A DNA stretch of 64,000 nt from assembly GCA_965248435.1 (NCBI GenBank), contig OZ252100.1:4896001-4960000 (forward strand), given 5' to 3'. The notes under the pieces are model-generated. The model was not told the origin of the DNA and did no database searches. It saw only the letters and a list, made by a program, of their open reading frames with translations. The stretch's first letter is position 1; the number at the start of each line of letters is the position of its first letter. The translations under genes and the position numbers were made by a program. This stretch comes from Candidatus Latescibacterota bacterium (GTDB taxonomy: Bacteria; Latescibacterota; UBA2968; GCA-2709665). Of the stretch, positions 11,019-20,327 are shown piece after piece.

Positions 11019-11810
11019 ATGCAAGCCGTTCAATGCGTCGATTCCATCACCAAACTGGGTCCCGAGTTTCGGGGGACCGTCGTCGTCGCCGGATCACACG
11101 GGGGGCGCTACTGCGGGTATCTGGCGTCGCTCGCCGGTCTGCGTGGTGTGATCTTTAACGACGCAGGCGTCGGAAAAGACAGCGCAGGCATTCGCGCGCT
11201 CGATTATCTGCAGCCGCTGGAGATGGCCGCGGCAACGATTGCCCATACATCGGCGCGCATCGGAGATGGCGCGGACACGCTCGATCGTGGGCGCCTCAGT
11301 TTCTGTAACGGGGCCGCCAAAGCCCTTGGCTGCGCAGAAGGCCAGACCTGCAAGGAAGCGACAGAGGTTATGTGTCGCGGTGAAGTGTTCGAGGGCGCTG
11401 CACCGGCCTACGAGGAGGCGCGTTGTCTGCTGGGCGAGACGCCGGTTCGGGTGATCGCCTGCGACTCGGCCTCCCTCGTCGACAGCGGTGATGCAGATGC
11501 GATCATCGTGACGGGATCGCACGGCGGCGTACTTGCGGGCAGACCTGGTTATGGGATCGCTGTCCAGGCACGGGGCGCGGTGTTCAACGATGCCGGCGTC
11601 GGAATCGATCAGGCCGGCATCCAGCGTCTCGAAGTCCTGGATCAAGCCGCCATCCCGGCTGCCACAGTCGACGCCTCGAGCGCCCGCATCGGCGATGCAC
11701 GTTCGGCGTGGGAGAGCGGTATCATTTCGTACATCAACAACCAGGCTGCGAAACGCGGCGTCACCGTCGGCATGACGGTGCCCGCTTTTGCAGCATCGCT
11801 TTTTTCGTAA
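11019..11810 (+). CDS. Conserved hypothetical protein with an internally duplicated domain
   Basis: Two copies of DS...GSHGG...FNDAGVG.D.AGI..L...SARIGD. Confidence 0.8.
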   Translation: MQAVQCVDSITKLGPEFRGTVVVAGSHGGRYCGYLASLAGLRGVIFNDAGVGKDSAGIRALDYLQPLEMAAATIAHTSARIGDGADTLDRGRLSFCNGAAKALGCAEGQTCKEATEVMCRGEVFEGAAPAYEEARCLLGETPVRVIACDSASLVDSGDADAIIVTGSHGGVLAGRPGYGIAVQARGAVFNDAGVGIDQAGIQRLEVLDQAAIPAATVDASSARIGDARSAWESGIISYINNQAAKRGVTVGMTVPAFAASLFS

Positions 11811-11824
11811 TCCGCGGAGAACCT

Positions 11825-13555
11825 ATGTCTTCATCCGTGCAAATGATCGGGGGACAGGCCCTCGCTGAGATGCTCAAGCGCCATAACCCCGCCCCGATGT
11901 TCGGCATGGGCGGGTTCCAACTGCTGCCCTTCTACGACGCAGTGCGCGAGCTGGGCCTCAAACATACACTGATCAACGACGAGCGCTGCGGGGTGTTCGC
12001 CGCCGACGCGTGGGCACGCGTGACCGGGCGACCCGGCATTTGCGACGCCACGCTCGGACCCGGGGCCACGAACCTGGTGACCGGGTTGGTCGAGTCGTTG
12101 AACGCGGGGGTGCCCCTGATCGTGATCGTCGGCGACAGCAACCGCGATCATTCCTGGAAAAACATGACGCAGGAAGCGCGCCAGACAGAAATTCTGGCTC
12201 CGGCGGTCAAGTCGTTGATTCGTATCGAAAAGGGACTCCGAATACCAGAGCTCGTGCGGCGGGCTTACGCCATCGCCACGTCCGGGCGTCCCGGCCCGGT
12301 CGTGCTCGATGTGCCCGAAGATGTGGCGCACGGGATTTTCGACTATCCGAGCGACGACCTGTATGTCGATCCAGAGACCCTCTCCATCCCGGCACAGCGG
12401 CCCCGCCCCGGTCGCGAAGCCGTTGCCCGGGCGGCGGAGCGATTACGCAGTTCCAACCGACCGATCTTACTCGCCGGGGGGGGTGTGCACCTCTCGGGCG
12501 CCTACGAGGCGCTTCTGGAGTTGGCCGAAGGGCTCGGCGTTCCGGTCGCACAGACGTTGAGCGGGAAGGGCGCGATCCCGTGCACGCATCCGCTGAGTGT
12601 GGGTCTGTTCGGCCGCTGGTCGCGTATCGCCAACGACCTGATCGAGTCGTCGGACTGCATTCTCGCGGTCGGATGCAAGATGGGCGAGATCGCCACCAAA
12701 CGGTTCGCCCTGATGCCGCGCGGCGTCCCTTTCATCCATCTGGACATCGTGGCGGAGGAGATCGGGCGAACAACGCCGACCGACGTCGCGCTCTGGGGTG
12801 ACGCGGCCGAGGGACTTCGCGACCTCGAAGCCAGTCTGGCTGACGACGCAGAGGCGCTGCGGGCAGGACGCGCAACCTACCTGGACGAAGTCGCGGAGCG
12901 GATGGCCGCCTGGCGGGCCGAGGCGGAACCCCGCTACGCGTCGGACGAGCGTCCGATCCACATGGCGCGCTTGATCCGCGAGCTGCAGGGTGTGATGCCG
13001 GACGATGGCATCCTGGTCGTGGACGGCGGATTCGCGGCGCATTGGACAGGACTGCTCTACGACACGAACCGCGCCGGTCGCAGCTATATCGCGAATCGGG
13101 GGTTCGCATCGATCGGCTACGGACTGCCGGGCACCATAGGTGCTCAACTCGCCGCCCCGGATGTGCCGGTGGTCGGGCTTACCGGCGACGCCGGATTCAA
13201 CATGATGCTCGGGGAGCTCGAAACCGCCCGCCGTCTGGGCCTGGGCTGCACCCTGGCCATCGTGAACAACGCGGCCTCCGGCTACGTCAAGGCCCTCCAG
13301 CACAACATGTACGGTGGCCGCTACCAATCGAGCGATCTGAGCGAAATCGATTACGCGAACGTAGCCCGCGATCTCGGGTGCCAGGGGATCCGCGTGGAGG
13401 ATCCCGCGGCGCTGGGGGCAGCGTTCACCGAAGGCATCGCAACACGTGACACGCCAACCGTTATCGACATCGTCGTCACCCGGGACCCGTCAAAGATGCT
13501 GCCCGGTGTCGACAGCCGGACGGCGCCGGTCGCGAAGGGCGATCGGCCTGCATAG
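11825..13555 (+). CDS. Thiamine-diphosphate-dependent enzyme (acetolactate synthase-like family)
   Basis: NDERCG, TLGPGATN, GRPGPVVLDVPED, GDAGFNM...NN ThDP motif. Confidence 0.9.
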   Translation: MSSSVQMIGGQALAEMLKRHNPAPMFGMGGFQLLPFYDAVRELGLKHTLINDERCGVFAADAWARVTGRPGICDATLGPGATNLVTGLVESLNAGVPLIVIVGDSNRDHSWKNMTQEARQTEILAPAVKSLIRIEKGLRIPELVRRAYAIATSGRPGPVVLDVPEDVAHGIFDYPSDDLYVDPETLSIPAQRPRPGREAVARAAERLRSSNRPILLAGGGVHLSGAYEALLELAEGLGVPVAQTLSGKGAIPCTHPLSVGLFGRWSRIANDLIESSDCILAVGCKMGEIATKRFALMPRGVPFIHLDIVAEEIGRTTPTDVALWGDAAEGLRDLEASLADDAEALRAGRATYLDEVAERMAAWRAEAEPRYASDERPIHMARLIRELQGVMPDDGILVVDGGFAAHWTGLLYDTNRAGRSYIANRGFASIGYGLPGTIGAQLAAPDVPVVGLTGDAGFNMMLGELETARRLGLGCTLAIVNNAASGYVKALQHNMYGGRYQSSDLSEIDYANVARDLGCQGIRVEDPAALGAAFTEGIATRDTPTVIDIVVTRDPSKMLPGVDSRTAPVAKGDRPA

Positions 13556-13618
13556 CGATGAACGAAAACGCAACTGCTGGAGCAATAGGGGAATGGAGAG
13601 AAGAGGTAAAACCGCAGG

Positions 13619-13710
13619 TGCTGGGGGAATGGAGTGATGGAGTGTTGGAGTAATGGAAGACAGGTTCTGCGATGCTCCATCACGCCAGCACTGCATTACT
13701 CCAGAATCCC
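13619..13710. repeat. Octamer-repeat hairpin element, copy 4
   Basis: ggagtgatggagtgttggagtaatgg...ctgcattactccagaatc. Confidence 0.78.
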
Positions 13711-13750
13711 CAAAAGCATGGCGCCGCAATAGACACCTGAGGAAAACAAA

Positions 13751-14716
13751 ATGGATCTGACAACAGAGAAGCAGCTCGAGATGCTGCGCGCGATGCAGAC
13801 GATCCGCCGTTTCGAGGAGCGCGCGTCGGATGACTATCATTCCGGGGCCATCTACGGCGTTGTGCATTGCTACATCGGTGAGGAGGCCGTCGCCGTGGGG
13901 GTGTGTGCGGCACTGAACGATGACGACCAGATCATCAGCACGCACCGAGGCCACGGGCACTGCATCGCCAAGGGCGCCGATCTGAAGCGGATGATGGCCG
14001 AGCTCTACGGCAGACGGTCCGGATACTGCAAGGGCAAGGGGGGCTCGATGCATATCGCCGATTTCAGCATCGGCATGCTGGGGGCGAACGGCATCGTCGG
14101 TGGCGGCATCCCGATCGTGACCGGTGCCGGTCTGGCCGCACAGCTCGATGGCAAAGGGCGTGTCGCCGTCTCTTTCTTTGGAGACGGGGCCTCGAACGCG
14201 GGCCCGTTCCACGAGTCGATCAACATCGCCGCGGCCTGGAAGCTTCCGATGCTCTACGTCTGCGAGAACAACCTCTGGGCCGCCAGTACCGCGGCTGCGG
14301 ACACCCTGGCCCTTGGCGACGTGGCGGCGCGAGCCGCCGGTTATGGCATCCCGGGTGTGGTTGTGGATGGGAACGATGTGCTGGCGGTCTATGAAGCCGC
14401 CGCAGAGGCGGTCGGCCGGGCGCGGGCCGGTGAAGGCCCTACGCTCATCGAATGCAAGACCTATCGCTGGCGCAGGCATACGGAAAGGGCGAGCGCAGAG
14501 GATCTGCGCCCACGAGAAGAGGTCGAAGCATGGCTGCAGAAGGACCCGATCAAACGCCTTTCCACCGATCTGATGTCGCAGGGCGTTTTGAGCGAGGACG
14601 CCTGGAAAGAGATGGACACAGAGATCCTGGCTGCAATCGACACCGCGGTCAGGTATGCCCAGGACAGTCCGTTTCCCGACCCGGAAATGGCCGTCGAGGA
14701 TGTGTTCTCGGATTGA
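13751..14716 (+). CDS. 2-oxoacid/acetoin dehydrogenase E1 alpha subunit (AcoA-like)
   Basis: HCYIGEEA, STHRGHGH, GKGGSMH, GDGA...ENN, KTYRW. Confidence 0.93.
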   Translation: MDLTTEKQLEMLRAMQTIRRFEERASDDYHSGAIYGVVHCYIGEEAVAVGVCAALNDDDQIISTHRGHGHCIAKGADLKRMMAELYGRRSGYCKGKGGSMHIADFSIGMLGANGIVGGGIPIVTGAGLAAQLDGKGRVAVSFFGDGASNAGPFHESINIAAAWKLPMLYVCENNLWAASTAAADTLALGDVAARAAGYGIPGVVVDGNDVLAVYEAAAEAVGRARAGEGPTLIECKTYRWRRHTERASAEDLRPREEVEAWLQKDPIKRLSTDLMSQGVLSEDAWKEMDTEILAAIDTAVRYAQDSPFPDPEMAVEDVFSD

Positions 14717-14734
14717 TTAGGGGGGCGACGCGTC

Positions 14735-15691
14735 GTGCGTAGGATTTCATATGCAGAAGCCGGAATGGAAGCGCTTTTCGAGGAGATGAGGCGCGATCAG
14801 ACGACGCTGCACCTCTCGACCGATGCCCCTGCGGCGCTTGTCGACGAGTTCGGCACCGAGCGGGTGCGCGCCACGCCGATCGCCGAAGGCGCCTTCACCG
14901 GCATCGCCATTGGCGCAGCCGGGTCGGGCTATCGGCCGATCGTCAACTGGAGCATGGTGACGTTTTCCTTCGTTGCCATGGACCAGATCGTGAACCAGGC
15001 GTCCAAGATCCATTACATGTTCGGAGGCCAGGCCAAGTTCCCCATCACCTTTCGTACCTCCGTCGGCGGCGGAACGAAGCTTGCTGCGCAGCACTCCCAG
15101 TCCCCTTACTCGATGTTCATGAACCTGGCTGGGTTGAAGCTGGTGCTGCCCTCGACGCCCTACGACATGAAGGGACTGCTCAAATCGGCGATCCGCGACG
15201 ACAACCCCGTCATCTCGTTCGAGTCCAGCCGTCTTATGGGCTTTGAAGGCGAAGTGCCCGAGGAAGAGTTTACGCTACCGCTTGGCAAGGCCGACATCAA
15301 ACGCGAGGGGAGCGATGTGACGGTGGTGGCCCTGGCCTGGCTCGTGCACGAAGCGCTTGCTGCCGCTGAACTCCTCGAGCGAGAGGGCGTCTCCGTCGAG
15401 GTGGTCGATCCGCGCACCCTCGTCCCCCTGGATCAGGCCGCGATTCGGGCATCCGTGCAGAAGACGGGACGGCTGATCATTGCCGACGAAGCCGGCCCGA
15501 CCGCCGGTGCGTCGGCAGAGATTGCCGCTGTGGCCACCGAGGATGGGGAGACGTTCGGGAAGATGAAAGCGCCGGTGAAGCGCGTCTGCGCGCTCCACGT
15601 ACCGATCCCCTACAGCCCGCCGCTCGAAGACCACGTATTTCCGAACAGGGACAAGATCGCCGCGGCCGTGAGAGAAGTTGTGGCCAGGTAG
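14735..15691 (+). CDS. 2-oxoacid/acetoin dehydrogenase E1 beta subunit (AcoB-like)
   Basis: TPIAE, AMDQIVNQA, AAQHSQ, VVDPRTLVPLD. Confidence 0.93.
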   Translation: MRRISYAEAGMEALFEEMRRDQTTLHLSTDAPAALVDEFGTERVRATPIAEGAFTGIAIGAAGSGYRPIVNWSMVTFSFVAMDQIVNQASKIHYMFGGQAKFPITFRTSVGGGTKLAAQHSQSPYSMFMNLAGLKLVLPSTPYDMKGLLKSAIRDDNPVISFESSRLMGFEGEVPEEEFTLPLGKADIKREGSDVTVVALAWLVHEALAAAELLEREGVSVEVVDPRTLVPLDQAAIRASVQKTGRLIIADEAGPTAGASAEIAAVATEDGETFGKMKAPVKRVCALHVPIPYSPPLEDHVFPNRDKIAAAVREVVAR

Positions 15692-15706
15692 ATGAGGCAC
15701 GGCTCA

Positions 15707-15778
15707 ATTGCGGATTGCGGATTTGGGATTGCGGAATGAAAATCGGGTACCGGGAAACCAAAACACGGGTACCGGGGT
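15707..15778 (+). repeat. Degenerate heptamer repeats (ATTGCGG and CGGGTAC)
   Basis: attgcggattgcggatttgggattgcggaatg; near copy at 46631. Confidence 0.65.
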
Positions 15779-15822
15779 CCGCAAGAGTCGTGAATAATCG
15801 TTCGTCGGTTGTTGAAACAAAA

Positions 15823-15980
15823 CGCCCCCCTCCCGCGACTCGCTCGCTCGCGCGGGACATGCTTTACAAAGGGGGGAGATTGCTCTCTGCTAGAGAGTAC
15901 CAATCCAGGATCAAACTCTTCCCCTCCCTCGACAAGCTCAGGACATGCTTTGGAAAAGGGGGACTGAGGGGGATTTCAAG
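15823..15980. repeat. CCCCTTT-AAAGGGGG paired-palindrome element carrying two nested mini-insertions
   Basis: Same family as 19893-20002; inserts at 15831-15862 and 15925-15948. Confidence 0.75.
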
Positions 15981-16000
15981 ATGGATCACGAAATACTGAT

Positions 16001-18655
16001 ATGCCTAACGACCAGATCAGCGTAGACGGATCGCCAGTCGACTTCGAGCCGGGCGACAGCCTGCTGGTGGCGATGCTGCGGGCCGGGCTCCATCCAACCG
16101 GAGGCGGGTGTCTGTGCCTCGCGGGCGATTGCCCGCACTGTCTGGCAACGGTGGACGGCGTCGGTTATGTGCGTACGTGTCAGGTCGCTGCAGAAAGCGG
16201 TAGAGTGGTGGCGCGGCATCACGCCGCCGCCGGTCGACCGCCCCTGATCGCCGCCGAACGGCGTGAATCGCACGTTACCGCGCGACACCTTCACTGCGAC
16301 GTCGTCGTGGTCGGGACCGGCCCGACCGGCACCGAGGAGGCGGATCGTGCCCGGGCCGAAGGCAAGGAGGTCGTGACCCTGGACGCGGGCGACGGCCAGG
16401 AGGTCGCGGGCATCTACGCGGGACTGCTGGTCATCGCAAGGACCGAGGAGGGGACGCTTTGTGTCCATCCCCGGGAGGGGATCGTGGTCGCGACCGGCGC
16501 CGCCGAGATTCAACCGGTGGCGCCGGGTGCCGAGCTGGAGGGGCTGGTGACGGCCCGGGCTGCGCGCGCTCTGGCCGAGGCCGGGATCGACCTGGGGCGT
16601 GTGGTGGCGGTGGGTGACCCGCCCGAGGGCGTCGAAGCCGAGCAGGTCGAGGGGCGCGTCGTTCGGTTCGAGGGCGCGCAGCGTGTCGAGGCCGTCGTGG
16701 TCGCCGCTCCCGACGGGACCGAGACCCGTCACACGTGCGACGCGGTCTCGCTGGGTCTGGGCTTTCATCCTCGGGACGGCCTGGGGAGGATGGGCCGTGA
16801 CCTGCCGGTCCGCGTCGTTGGCGAAGCTGCCCGCGAGTCGGACATCCCGCCCTGCCCTCTGGAAGGAACGGTCTGCCCCTGCTCTGATGTGACTGTGGCC
16901 GACCTCGAGCACGTCTGGGAGAACGGGTTCCACGAGCTGGAGCTCGTCAAGCGGGCGACCCTCGCCGGCACCGGGACGTGCCAGGGCTCGGCCTGTCTTC
17001 CACACTTGCGCAGTTTTCTCGCAGAGAAGGGCCGCGAGCTGCAGCCGCCGTTCACGGCGCGTCCGCTGACGCGCCAGCTCACCTTCGGCGAGATCGCCGC
17101 CGGCGCCTACCATCACTCGACGCCACGCACACCCCTGCACGACGAGCATCTCCGGCTCGGTGCGCAGATGGATCGAACGGGAGGGTGGTGGCGTCCCTGG
17201 ACCTACGGCGACCCGCTCGCCGAATACAAAGCCGTGCGCGACGCGGTCTCGATCGGTGACGTGAGCACGCTGGGTAAGTTCGTCGTGACGGGGCCAGACG
17301 CGCTCGCATTTCTCGAGTTTCTGTATCCGACGAAGGTTTCCACGCTTCGCCCCGGCCGCTCCCGGTATGTGCTGCTGCTGGACGAACGCGGCTACGTCCT
17401 GGACGACGGCCTGATCTGCAGGGAGCGCAACGACCGCTTCTACCTGACACTGACGAGCGCCGGATCTACCTTTGGCGAGATGTGGATCCGGGATTGGGCG
17501 GAGTCCCGGGGCTTCGACATCCGTTTGCTGAACCAGACCCAATCTCTGGGCGCCATCAACGTGACCGGGCCGCGTGCGGCGGAGCTGCTGGCGCGCACCG
17601 GTGTCGAGAGACTGCCGGGGTTCGCCCGACACAGCGTCGTGGACGTGGCGGGCGTGACCTGCCGGATCCTGCGGTTGAGCTTCACCGGCGAGCTGTCGTT
17701 CGAGCTGCACCACGCCGCCGCCGATTCGGTCCGTCTGTGGCGGACGCTCCTCGATCTCGGCGAGGATATGGGGATCCATCCCCACGGGATGGACGTCCTG
17801 TTTCAGCTCCGGTTGGAGAAGGGACACGTCATCGTCGGCCAGGACACGGACTTCGATTCTACGCCGCGCAGGATTCACCACGAATGGGCAGTCAAGCTGG
17901 ACAAGCCGGAGTTCCTCGGCCGCCAGGCGGTCGTGCGCACGAACAAGGTGCCCCTCGATCGCCAACTCGTCGGGCTGGAGATGGACCTGCCGGCGCCGAT
18001 GGAGGGCGCGGTCGTCTGGAATGGAACAGATTACGCGGGCACCGTGACGTCGAGCACGGCCTCTCATAGCCTGGGCAAGGCGGTGATGCTGGCCTGGATC
18101 TGGCTGACGAACGGGGCGCTCCCGGACAGTGTCACGATCGACGGCCGGACTGCCCGCCGGGCAGAGCTGCCGTTCTACGATCCCGGAGACGAGAGGTCTC
18201 GGGCCAAGGTGGCGCTGGATCTCGCAAGGGCCGTGGATGGAACTTCGTCCGCGATACAGGTCGACCAGGACATGGGGCGTTTCGAAAGGATCGAAGCAAC
18301 GCGGCTCGTGGCTTCTCCCGCGGCCCTGGATCGGATCGAATTGCCATCGGGCGCCCTCGCCCTGAGAATCGCTCCTGATGAGCTTCTGGTCACCCCGGTG
18401 TTGTCGCTGGACGACCTGGATGACGCGCACACGATCGCCGAGCGCGAGACCGGGTTTGTGGGGGCGTGGGTGGAGATGCAGGAGGCAATGCGGTTTCTGG
18501 AGGGGGCGTGTCCGTGGGTCCTGCCGACCGAACGGCCGGCCTTCGCCCAGGGCGCGGTCGCCGATATCCCTGTCAAGCTGTTGCTCGAGGAAGAGCGGGT
18601 GCTGTTCGTCGTGCCGGCCCCTTACGCCGCTGACCTTGAGGAGCGAATGGCATGA
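16001..18655 (+). CDS. Sarcosine-oxidase-alpha-like multidomain protein (2Fe-2S, BFD-like, GcvT, and a SoxG-like C-terminus)
   Basis: CLCLAGDCPHC..RTC; CPCSDV..GTGTCQGSAC; DVSTLGK, LDDG, SFTGELSFE, LRLEKG. Confidence 0.85.
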   Translation: MPNDQISVDGSPVDFEPGDSLLVAMLRAGLHPTGGGCLCLAGDCPHCLATVDGVGYVRTCQVAAESGRVVARHHAAAGRPPLIAAERRESHVTARHLHCDVVVVGTGPTGTEEADRARAEGKEVVTLDAGDGQEVAGIYAGLLVIARTEEGTLCVHPREGIVVATGAAEIQPVAPGAELEGLVTARAARALAEAGIDLGRVVAVGDPPEGVEAEQVEGRVVRFEGAQRVEAVVVAAPDGTETRHTCDAVSLGLGFHPRDGLGRMGRDLPVRVVGEAARESDIPPCPLEGTVCPCSDVTVADLEHVWENGFHELELVKRATLAGTGTCQGSACLPHLRSFLAEKGRELQPPFTARPLTRQLTFGEIAAGAYHHSTPRTPLHDEHLRLGAQMDRTGGWWRPWTYGDPLAEYKAVRDAVSIGDVSTLGKFVVTGPDALAFLEFLYPTKVSTLRPGRSRYVLLLDERGYVLDDGLICRERNDRFYLTLTSAGSTFGEMWIRDWAESRGFDIRLLNQTQSLGAINVTGPRAAELLARTGVERLPGFARHSVVDVAGVTCRILRLSFTGELSFELHHAAADSVRLWRTLLDLGEDMGIHPHGMDVLFQLRLEKGHVIVGQDTDFDSTPRRIHHEWAVKLDKPEFLGRQAVVRTNKVPLDRQLVGLEMDLPAPMEGAVVWNGTDYAGTVTSSTASHSLGKAVMLAWIWLTNGALPDSVTIDGRTARRAELPFYDPGDERSRAKVALDLARAVDGTSSAIQVDQDMGRFERIEATRLVASPAALDRIELPSGALALRIAPDELLVTPVLSLDDLDDAHTIAERETGFVGAWVEMQEAMRFLEGACPWVLPTERPAFAQGAVADIPVKLLLEEERVLFVVPAPYAADLEERMA

Positions 18656-19860
18656 ACGAATTCGTCGAGCGCCTGATCTCGCTGCGCTGGGCCGAACCCA
18701 GGAGCGCCTACGACGTCGTGATCGTCGGCGGCGGCGGCCACGGTCTGGCGACCGCCTACTACCTGGCGACGCGCCACGGCATCCAAAACGTGGCGGTGCT
18801 CGAGCGCGGCTATATTGGCAGCGGCAACTCCGGTCGAAACACAACGGTGATTCGATCCAACTACGGGATCCCGGAAGCGGTCCGCTTCTATCAGCACAGC
18901 ATCGAGCTCTACCAGGGCCTGGAAGCGGAGACCGGTCGCGGCGTCATGCACCAGCAGAAGGGAATGCTCTGGCTGGCGCACAGTGAGATGGGGTTGCGGG
19001 CCGAGCGAACGCGTGCCGAGGTCAATACCGCCTTCGGCGCTAGGACCGAGTACGTGGAGCCCGAACGAATTCGCGAGATCTGCCCTCAGATCGACATGAG
19101 CGGCGGCGGTGTGTGGCCAATCCTGGGCGCAAGTTACCACGCCGAAGCGGCGACGGCGAGGCACGACCGGGTCGTGTGGGCCTATGCCGAAGGTGCGATC
19201 GAGCGAGGTGTCGACGTCGTCCAGCGCACGCCGGTCACCGGGCTGCTGAAAGAGGGCGACCGGGTCGTCGGCGTCGAGACGCCGAAAGGACCGATCTCGG
19301 CAGGTCTGGTGGTCTCCGCGGTCGGGGGCCACGTGACGACGCTGGCTTCGATGGCCGGTCTTCGGCTGCCGATCCGCACCCATCCCCTCCAGGCATTCGT
19401 CACCAACCATTACAGGAATGAGTTTCACCCGATCGTGCTGTCGGCAGACCTGCTATTCTACGTGTCGCAGACCGCTCGGGGTGAGATGCTCCTCGGGGCC
19501 GAGATCGATCGCCAGCCGAGTTATTCCTATCGCGCGGGGCACGCGTTCATCCAATCGCTCGCGCATCGGGCGATGACGCTCCTGCCTTTCCTGGGGAACC
19601 TGAAGGTGCTGCGTCAGTGGACGGGCGTCTGTGACATGAGTCCCGACTATTCGCCTATCATGGGCAAGACGGGGGTCGACGGGTTCTACCTGACGACCGG
19701 CTGGGGCACGTGGGGCTTCAAGGCAATCCCCGCCGGCGGGGAACAGATGGCGAGGTTGATCGCGGAAGGAGAGACGCCGGAGCTGATGGCGCCCTTTTCG
19801 CTCGAGCGGTTTGCCGGGGACCGTACGATGGCAGATCGTGGATCGGCTGGAACACACTAA
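18652..19860 (+). CDS. soxB: Sarcosine oxidase beta subunit family protein
   Basis: GGGGHGLATAYYLA, GNSGRNTTVIRSNY, ARHDRV, GWGTWGFKA. Confidence 0.9.
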   Translation: MNEFVERLISLRWAEPRSAYDVVIVGGGGHGLATAYYLATRHGIQNVAVLERGYIGSGNSGRNTTVIRSNYGIPEAVRFYQHSIELYQGLEAETGRGVMHQQKGMLWLAHSEMGLRAERTRAEVNTAFGARTEYVEPERIREICPQIDMSGGGVWPILGASYHAEAATARHDRVVWAYAEGAIERGVDVVQRTPVTGLLKEGDRVVGVETPKGPISAGLVVSAVGGHVTTLASMAGLRLPIRTHPLQAFVTNHYRNEFHPIVLSADLLFYVSQTARGEMLLGAEIDRQPSYSYRAGHAFIQSLAHRAMTLLPFLGNLKVLRQWTGVCDMSPDYSPIMGKTGVDGFYLTTGWGTWGFKAIPAGGEQMARLIAEGETPELMAPFSLERFAGDRTMADRGSAGTH

Positions 19861-19892
19861 TGTATGGTGGGTCGAATGGTAGACATGGAAAC

Positions 19893-20002
19893 AAATCCCC
19901 CCTACCCCCCTTTTCCAAAGGGGGAAGGTTACTCTTTCCGAGAGAAAGTCCATTCGAAAGCAATTCCTCCCCCTTTCCCAAAGGGGGATTGAGGGGGATT
20001 TC
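19893..20002. repeat. CCCCTTT-AAAGGGGG paired-palindrome element
   Basis: aatcccccct acccccctttt ccaaaggggg ... ccccctttcccaaaggggg attgagggggatt. Confidence 0.8.
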
Positions 20003-20073
20003 AAAGATGCATCACAATCCTTCGTCGCTTCTACCGATAGGCCGATGAGAGCCAGGGAAATCAGGAGCTGCAA

Positions 20074-20316
20074 ATGAGTTTACAGATAGAGTGTCCGAAC
20101 TGCGGCCGTCGACCCCTGGAAGAGTTCCTCTACGGGGAGATCCTGGTCGTGCCCGACAGCCTGACGGACGCGGATGAGCGCGACCTGGACCGGGGCTTCA
20201 TGCACGAGAATCCGGAGGGGCCTACGACGGAGCGCTGGTTCCACGCATTCGGCTGCCGCAGATGGCTGACCCTGACGCGGGACACGCGGACGGACGAGAT
20301 TCTGGGCCACGACTGA
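20074..20316 (+). CDS. soxD: Sarcosine oxidase delta subunit
   Basis: IECPNCGRR..EEF.YG, ERWFH..GC.RW...RDT zinc motif. Confidence 0.88.
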   Translation: MSLQIECPNCGRRPLEEFLYGEILVVPDSLTDADERDLDRGFMHENPEGPTTERWFHAFGCRRWLTLTRDTRTDEILGHD

Positions 20317-20327
20317 ATCGAGGAGAC

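Noticed and set aside
15986-18844. 952-aa minus-strand ORF, and similar long antisense ORFs at 9101-10765, 41884-43482 and 35828-37012
   Set aside because: Shadow frames of well-supported + strand genes in high-GC DNA, with no recognisable motifs.
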